Source of the DNA: an uncultured Bacilli bacterium
GTDB lineage: Bacteria; Bacillota_I; Bacilli_A; RF39; UBA660
Direction of reading: 5' to 3'
NCBI GenBank assembly: GCA_944371315.1
Contig: CALVXN010000002.1
Location: 1,046-65,045 of the forward strand
DNA: 64,000 nt
A model generated the notes under the pieces. The model worked only from the letters and a program-made list of their open reading frames with translations. It was not told where the DNA came from and made no database searches. Below, piece after piece: positions 58,999 through 64,000 of this stretch. Numbering within the stretch: position 1 is the stretch's first letter; each line of letters starts with the position of its first letter. The translations under genes and the position numbers were made by a program.

Positions 58999-59355
58999 AT
59001 GATTAAAAAAGAAGCGAATAATAAAGCTCGTGTTAGAAGACATGTAAGAGTTCGTAAAAATGTTAGTGGAACTAAAGAATGTCCTAGACTTAATGTTTTT
59101 AGATCAAATAAAAGTATTTATGCACAAGTTATTGATGATTTAACAGGAACAACCCTTGCTAGTTCTTCAAATTTAGAATTAAAAATTAAAAATGGTGGTA
59201 ATATTGAAGCAGCAAAAGCTGTAGGAAAAGATATTGCTGAAAAATGTTTAAAATTAAAAATTAAAACTGTAGTATTTGACCGTGGTGGATATCAATATCA
59301 TGGTAGAGTTTCAGCTCTTGCTGATGCAGCAAGAGAAGCTGGACTAGAATTTTAG
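58999..59355 (+). CDS. rplR: 50S ribosomal protein L18
   Basis: [18 protein letters not shown] and [12 protein letters not shown] motifs. Confidence 0.95.
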   Translation: MIKKEANNKARVRRHVRVRKNVSGTKECPRLNVFRSNKSIYAQVIDDLTGTTLASSSNLELKIKNGGNIEAAKAVGKDIAEKCLKLKIKTVVFDRGGYQYHGRVSALADAAREAGLEF

Positions 59356-59363
59356 GAGGTAGC

Positions 59364-59867
59364 ATGAGAAATCAAAAGGTTGAACAAAAGAAAAATTTAT
59401 TAGAAGAAAAAGTTATCTCTATAACAAGGGTAACAAAAGTTACTCAAGGTGGAAGACATTTTCGTTTCTCTGCAACTGTTGCTGTTGGAAATAGAAAAGG
59501 GTTAGTTGGAATTGGTAGTGGAAAAGCTAATGAAGTTCCTGAAGCAATTAAAAAAGCTTTACAAGCTGCTAATAAAAATGTTTGTAAAGTAGCGTTAAAA
59601 GATGGAAGAACTATTCCACATGAAATGATTTCAAAAGTTGGTAGATCTGTAGTTTTAATTAAACCTGCTAAAGAAGGTCGTGGAATTATTGCTGGTGGAG
59701 CTGCTCGTGCAGTATTAGAACTTGCTGGTGTTAAAGATATAGTTGCTAAATCTTTGGGATCAAATACTCAAGTTAATGTTGCTAAAGCTACATTAGATGC
59801 ATTAAAGATGCAAAGAACACCAGAACATATTGCACAACTTCGTGGTAAGAAAGTTGAGGAATTGTAA
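59364..59867 (+). CDS. rpsE: 30S ribosomal protein S5
   Basis: RVTKVTQGGRHFRFSA and GRGIIAGGAARAVLE motifs. Confidence 0.95.
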   Translation: MRNQKVEQKKNLLEEKVISITRVTKVTQGGRHFRFSATVAVGNRKGLVGIGSGKANEVPEAIKKALQAANKNVCKVALKDGRTIPHEMISKVGRSVVLIKPAKEGRGIIAGGAARAVLELAGVKDIVAKSLGSNTQVNVAKATLDALKMQRTPEHIAQLRGKKVEEL

Positions 59868-59868
59868 T

Positions 59869-60312
59869 ATGAAATTAGAAAATTTACCTAAAAGTAAAGA
59901 AACTAAAGTTTCAAAAAGAGTTGGTCGTGGGCCTGGAAGTGGAATGGGAAAAACTTCTACTCGTGGAGAAAACGGTCAAAAATCTAGAAGTGGTGCATCA
60001 ATTCCTGCATGGTTTCAAGGTGGACAAACTCCGCTTCATAGAAGAATTCCTATTAGAGGATTTAATAATAAGAATTTTGCAACAAGATATGCTACAATTA
60101 ATTTGGCAGATTTAGAAAAGTTCTTTAATGATGGAGATACTGTTACTCCAGAAATTCTTAAAGAAAGAAGAATTATTAAAAAACAACTTTGTGGAGTTAA
60201 AATACTTGCTAATGGTGAATTAACAAAAAAATTAACTGTTAAAGCTAATAGATTTTCAAGCAAGGCTGTTACTAAAATTGAAAATATCGGTGGCAAAGCT
60301 GAGGTGATTTAG
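59869..60312 (+). CDS. rplO: 50S ribosomal protein L15
   Basis: ORF 59830..60312. The start is MKLENL at 59869, followed by RVGRGPGSGMGKTSTRG. It begins 2 nt after the rpsE stop, so no rpmD lies between them. Confidence 0.95.
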   Translation: MKLENLPKSKETKVSKRVGRGPGSGMGKTSTRGENGQKSRSGASIPAWFQGGQTPLHRRIPIRGFNNKNFATRYATINLADLEKFFNDGDTVTPEILKERRIIKKQLCGVKILANGELTKKLTVKANRFSSKAVTKIENIGGKAEVI

Positions 60313-61578
60313 ATGTTTCGGGGATTTTCCCAACTATTTAATAGTGCAAATAAAGACTTAAGAAAAAGAATCTATTTTACCTTGTTTTGTTTAGGTATTT
60401 TTTGCTTAGGTAGTGCTATAACTATTCCATGGGCATCTGTTGTGTATGAAGAATTAGGATTTTTAGAAATCTTTAATATTATGAGCGGAGGAGGGCTTAG
60501 AAATTTTGCGATTTTTGGTCTTGGAGTTTCTCCTTATATCACCGCATCAATTATTACACAACTTTTGCAAATGGATATCTTCCCTTATTTTAAAGATTTA
60601 AAAGAACAAGGGTATGTAGGAAGACAAAAAATTAATAAAATTACAAGATATCTTGGTATTATTATTGGTTTTCTTCAAGCTTATGTTCTTTGCATGTTTT
60701 ATATGAAGGGGCTTGATGCATTTACAATGTTAAAAACTTCATTAGTTATGACTGCTGGAACTGCTTTTTGCTTGTGGATGGGAGATCAAATAACTAATAA
60801 GGGGATTGGCAATGGACAATCGATGATTATAATGGCTGGTATAATTCTTAGTATGCCAAGTGTATTTACTGGTGCTTATGATGGATTTATAACTGCTGGA
60901 ACTTATAGTTTTGCTTTAGGAATAATATTCTTTATATTATTCGTAGTAACCTATTTATTAATTATAGTTGGTATAATTTGGGTTCAATTAGCAGAAAGAA
61001 GAATTCCTATTCAATATGCTAATAGATCTAGTAGTGCATATGGTCATCAACAAAGTTTTTTACCAATTAAAATAAACTCTGCTGGAGTTATACCAGTAAT
61101 ATTTGCATCTATATTAACTACTATTCCTGCTACTATTGTGAGTCTTATAGGAAATGAATCTGCAATTAATTTTGTAAATAAATATATTAATTATAATACA
61201 CCGACTGGTTTTGTATTATATGTTATATTAATTTTCTTTTTTGGTTATTTTTACACATTTATGGTTATGAATCCCGATGAAATGAGTAAAAATTTAAATG
61301 AAAGAGGAGGTTATATTCCTGGAACTAGACCTGGTGAAGACACTTCGAAATACATTGGAAATTCTATTGGAAAATTAACGTTCGTTGGAAGTATATTTTT
61401 AGTAATACTTGCAGGAATTCCAATATTGTTTTCAGCGTTATTTAAGTTACCATCATCTGTTAGTATTGGTGGGACTGGTATATTAATTGTTGTAGGTGTA
61501 GCGATTGAAACATATAAACAAATGGAAAGTAGTTTAATAAGTCGTAGTTATGCTGCTAAAAGAAAGAGATTAAGATAA
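60313..61578 (+). CDS. secY: Preprotein translocase subunit SecY
   Basis: 10-TM protein with FALGISPYITASII-like GVSPYITASIITQLL and GGYIPGTRPGE motifs. Confidence 0.95.
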   Translation: MFRGFSQLFNSANKDLRKRIYFTLFCLGIFCLGSAITIPWASVVYEELGFLEIFNIMSGGGLRNFAIFGLGVSPYITASIITQLLQMDIFPYFKDLKEQGYVGRQKINKITRYLGIIIGFLQAYVLCMFYMKGLDAFTMLKTSLVMTAGTAFCLWMGDQITNKGIGNGQSMIIMAGIILSMPSVFTGAYDGFITAGTYSFALGIIFFILFVVTYLLIIVGIIWVQLAERRIPIQYANRSSSAYGHQQSFLPIKINSAGVIPVIFASILTTIPATIVSLIGNESAINFVNKYINYNTPTGFVLYVILIFFFGYFYTFMVMNPDEMSKNLNERGGYIPGTRPGEDTSKYIGNSIGKLTFVGSIFLVILAGIPILFSALFKLPSSVSIGGTGILIVVGVAIETYKQMESSLISRSYAAKRKRLR

Positions 61579-61579
61579 A

Positions 61580-62221
61580 ATGAAGAATATAATATTTATT
61601 GCACCTCCTGCTGCTGGAAAAGGAACTCAAAGTAATTTATTAAAGGATAAATATGGTTATGTTCATATTTCTACTGGTGATATGTTACGAGAAATTGTTT
61701 CTTCCGATAGTGAATTGGGTAAGGTTGTTAAAAATATTATTGATAAAGGAAATTTAGTAAGTGACGATTTAATATTTAAATTATTAAAGAGCAAACTTAA
61801 TTCTATAAAAGGAAAACCATTTATTTTGGATGGTTTTCCTAGAACTCTTAATCAGGCTTTATTTTTAGATAATGATCTAAAAATAGATAATTATATTGTT
61901 ATTTATTTAGATTTAAGTAAAGAAGATGCAATTAAAAGAATAGATGGAAGATTGACATGTAGTTGTGGTAAATCTTATAATTTAAATGATATAAATTTAA
62001 AACCTAAGATTATTGATATATGCGATAATTGTGGTAATGTATTAGTTAAGCGAAATGATGATAATTTAGAGGCTTTTAAAATTAGATTCGATGTTTTTTT
62101 AAATAATAATAAGCCTTTAATTGATTATTATAAAAATAAAAATAAATTGAAAGTTGTTAATGTTAATAAAGGTGTAAATGAAATATTTAATGAAATATCG
62201 AAGGTAGTGGCTAATGATTAA
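61580..62221 (+). CDS. adk: Adenylate kinase (zinc-lid type)
   Basis: PPAAGKGTQ P-loop, LDGFPRT motif and a CSCG...CDNCG lid. Confidence 0.95.
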   Translation: MKNIIFIAPPAAGKGTQSNLLKDKYGYVHISTGDMLREIVSSDSELGKVVKNIIDKGNLVSDDLIFKLLKSKLNSIKGKPFILDGFPRTLNQALFLDNDLKIDNYIVIYLDLSKEDAIKRIDGRLTCSCGKSYNLNDINLKPKIIDICDNCGNVLVKRNDDNLEAFKIRFDVFLNNNKPLIDYYKNKNKLKVVNVNKGVNEIFNEISKVVAND

Positions 62222-62957
62222 TATTAAAAGTGATAGAGAAATTGAATTAATGAGAATAGCTGGCAAATATAATCAGTTAACATTTAAAGAACTTGAAAAA
62301 TATTTAAAACCAGGTATTAGCACTGGTAAATTAGATAAAATAGTTTATGATTTTATAATTAAGAATGGTTGTGTTCCATCTACTTTAGGATATCAAGGTT
62401 ATCCAGCGAGTGTTTGTATTTCAATAAATGATGAAGTGGTTCATGGAATACCTGGAAAAAGGGTAATAAAAGATGGGGATATTGTTTCTATTGATTTAGT
62501 CCTTTCATATAAGGGTTATCATGCTGATGCTACTAGAACATATATTATTGGTAATGTTCCCTTGGAAGTAAAAAAACTAGTAGATAATACTAAAAATGCA
62601 TTTTATGAGGGTGTAAAGCAAGTAAAAGAGGGAGCAAGGATTTGTGATATAAGTAGAGCTATTGAAAAATATGCGCATGAGCATGGTTTAAGTGTTGTTG
62701 AAGAATTAGTTGGTCATGGTATTGGTTCAGCTATGCATGAAAAGCCAGACATTCCTAATTTTAATACAAATGATTATACTAAATTAAAAGCTGGAATGAC
62801 TATTGCTATAGAGCCAATGTTAAATTTAGGTAGTAAGCATATTTACGTAGAAGATGATGATTGGACAGTAAAAACGTTTGATGGTAAGCCATCTGCTCAT
62901 TATGAGAATACCGTGTTAGTAACTAAAGATGGATATGAAATATTAACAGGAGATTAA
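62214..62957 (+). CDS. map: Type I methionine aminopeptidase
   Basis: VCISINDEVVHGIP, DATRTY, VGHGIG and IEPM metal-ligand motifs. Confidence 0.95.
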   Translation: MINIKSDREIELMRIAGKYNQLTFKELEKYLKPGISTGKLDKIVYDFIIKNGCVPSTLGYQGYPASVCISINDEVVHGIPGKRVIKDGDIVSIDLVLSYKGYHADATRTYIIGNVPLEVKKLVDNTKNAFYEGVKQVKEGARICDISRAIEKYAHEHGLSVVEELVGHGIGSAMHEKPDIPNFNTNDYTKLKAGMTIAIEPMLNLGSKHIYVEDDDWTVKTFDGKPSAHYENTVLVTKDGYEILTGD

Positions 62958-62960
62958 TTT

Positions 62961-63179
62961 ATGGGAAAAAAAGATAAAATTGAAGTGGAAGGAAAAGTAA
63001 TTGAAGTTCTTAAAGGTAGTGATTATCTAGTTGAACTTAATAATGGACATACTGTAAAAGCCTACGTCTCTGGTAAAATGCGCATGAATATGATACGTAT
63101 TTTACCAGGTGATAAAGTTACAGTTGAACTTTCGCCATATGATTTAGAACGTGGGATTATAAAATGGAATAATAGATAA
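62961..63179 (+). CDS. infA: Translation initiation factor IF-1
   Basis: 72-aa S1-like fold with [16 protein letters not shown]. Confidence 0.95.
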   Translation: MGKKDKIEVEGKVIEVLKGSDYLVELNNGHTVKAYVSGKMRMNMIRILPGDKVTVELSPYDLERGIIKWNNR

Positions 63180-63190
63180 GGAGTGAAATT

Positions 63191-63304
63191 ATGAAAGTTA
63201 GACCATCTGTTAAAAAAATTTGTAAAAAATGTAAAATTATTAGAAGAAAAGGAAAAGTTAGGGTTATATGTGAAAACCCTAAACATAAACAAGTTCAAGG
63301 CTAA
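63191..63304 (+). CDS. rpmJ: 50S ribosomal protein L36
   Basis: Not in the ORF track. My translation is [37 protein letters not shown]. Confidence 0.95.
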   Translation: MKVRPSVKKICKKCKIIRRKGKVRVICENPKHKQVQG

Positions 63305-63314
63305 GGAGGATTAA

Positions 63315-63689
63315 ATGGCAAGAATTAAGAATATTGAATTACCAGGTGAAAAACATACTTGTATAGGATTAACTGCTATATATGGTATTGGTAGAAATTT
63401 AGCATTAACTATTTGTGGTGATGCTAAAGTTGAACCTACAAAAAAAATCAAAGATTTATCAGAAGATGAAATTTCTAGATTACGTAAAGAAATTGATAAA
63501 TATGTAGTTGAAGGTGATCTTCGTCGTGATGTTCAAATGAGCATTAAAAATAAAATGGAAATTAATTGTTATGAAGGTATTAGACATAAAAAAGGTTTAC
63601 CTGTAAGAGGACAAAGAACTAGTAGAAATGCTAAAACTCGTAAAGGTAAAGGAAAAGTAGTAGCTAATAAGAAAAAGGTAGGTAAGTAA
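63315..63689 (+). CDS. rpsM: 30S ribosomal protein S13
   Basis: [13 protein letters not shown] and GLPVRGQRT motifs. Confidence 0.95.
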   Translation: MARIKNIELPGEKHTCIGLTAIYGIGRNLALTICGDAKVEPTKKIKDLSEDEISRLRKEIDKYVVEGDLRRDVQMSIKNKMEINCYEGIRHKKGLPVRGQRTSRNAKTRKGKGKVVANKKKVGK

Positions 63690-63690
63690 T

Positions 63691-64000
63691 ATGGCATATA
63701 ATAGAAGAAAAAGAAAAGTAAAGAAAAATATACCAGAAGCTGAAGCACATATTCATTCAACTTATAATAATACTATAGTTACTATTTGTGATAAAGATGG
63801 TAATGCAATAAGTTGGTCATCAGCTGGTAGAATTGGATATAAGGGTAGTAAAAAGAAAACTCCTTTTGCAGCAGGACTTACTAGTGAAGCTGCTGCTGCT
63901 GCTGCAGTAGAACAAGGTGTAAAAAAGGTAGATGTTTATGTTAAAGGGCTTGGACCTGGTAGAGAAAATGCAATTAGATCATTACAATCTGCTGGATTAG
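63691..64000 (+). CDS. rpsK: 30S ribosomal protein S11 (3' end beyond the window)
   Basis: My translation from ATG at 63691 is [46 protein letters not shown]. The frame is open to the window end. Confidence 0.9.
   Translation, partial: MAYNRRKRKVKKNIPEAEAHIHSTYNNTIVTICDKDGNAISWSSAGRIGYKGSKKKTPFAAGLTSEAAAAAAVEQGVKKVDVYVKGLGPGRENAIRSLQSAGL

Overview
This is a very AT-rich window (well under 30% GC by eye) covering the replication-origin region of a low-GC, Bacillota-type chromosome from an endospore-forming lineage. Sporulation genes present are spo0A, spoVT, bofA, yabG, spoVG, yabP and yabQ. Gene order follows the classic Bacillus subtilis origin-proximal map. On the minus strand: mnmG, mnmE, jag, yidC, rnpA, rpmH. 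Then a DnaA-box oriC, followed on the plus strand by dnaA, dnaN, recF, gyrB, gyrA, a small SRP RNA, tadA, dnaX, ybaB, recR, bofA, holB, ricT, a methyltransferase, pth, mfd, spoVT, a T-box leader, a dut-like gene, metG, tatD, a 3D-domain gene, rsmA, yabG, veg, spoVG, yabP, yabQ and divIC. clpP lies on the minus strand. A split glycolytic cluster (gap, pgk, tpiA, gpmI) follows, and then the S10/spc/alpha ribosomal-protein operons run to the window edge (rpsJ to rpsK, with secY, adk, map, infA, rpmJ). I found no rRNA, tRNA, CRISPR array or transposase. Several insertions interrupt this housekeeping backbone and are the interesting part. (1) An 850-bp non-coding block after gyrA holds five consensus parS sites; three of them are followed at fixed spacing by a DnaA-box-like 9-mer. 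(2) Two overlapping paralogous genes (31060-33625) encode an IS3-OrfA-like HTH fused to about ten 32-residue helical repeats, and include a near-perfect 288-bp tandem duplication. (3) A family of roughly 105-aa helical N-terminal modules occurs three times. Two copies are fused to cell-wall hydrolases that lack signal peptides (NlpC/P60 at 38656, lysozyme-like at 43574) and one stands alone (44832), next to a degenerate WXG100-like gene. This looks like a polymorphic T7SS/LXG-like effector layout, but no secretion machinery is in the window. (4) A 4.9-kb island splits gap from pgk. It carries a transglutaminase-like gene and a protein with a SipW-type signal peptide, whose last ~170 nt plus hairpin have foreign composition (about 48% GC). 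(5) spo0A sits between tpiA and gpmI. (6) A ComK-like gene and an unknown gene lie between dnaN and recF. All functional calls come from reading the translated ORFs and motifs by eye; no database search was possible.
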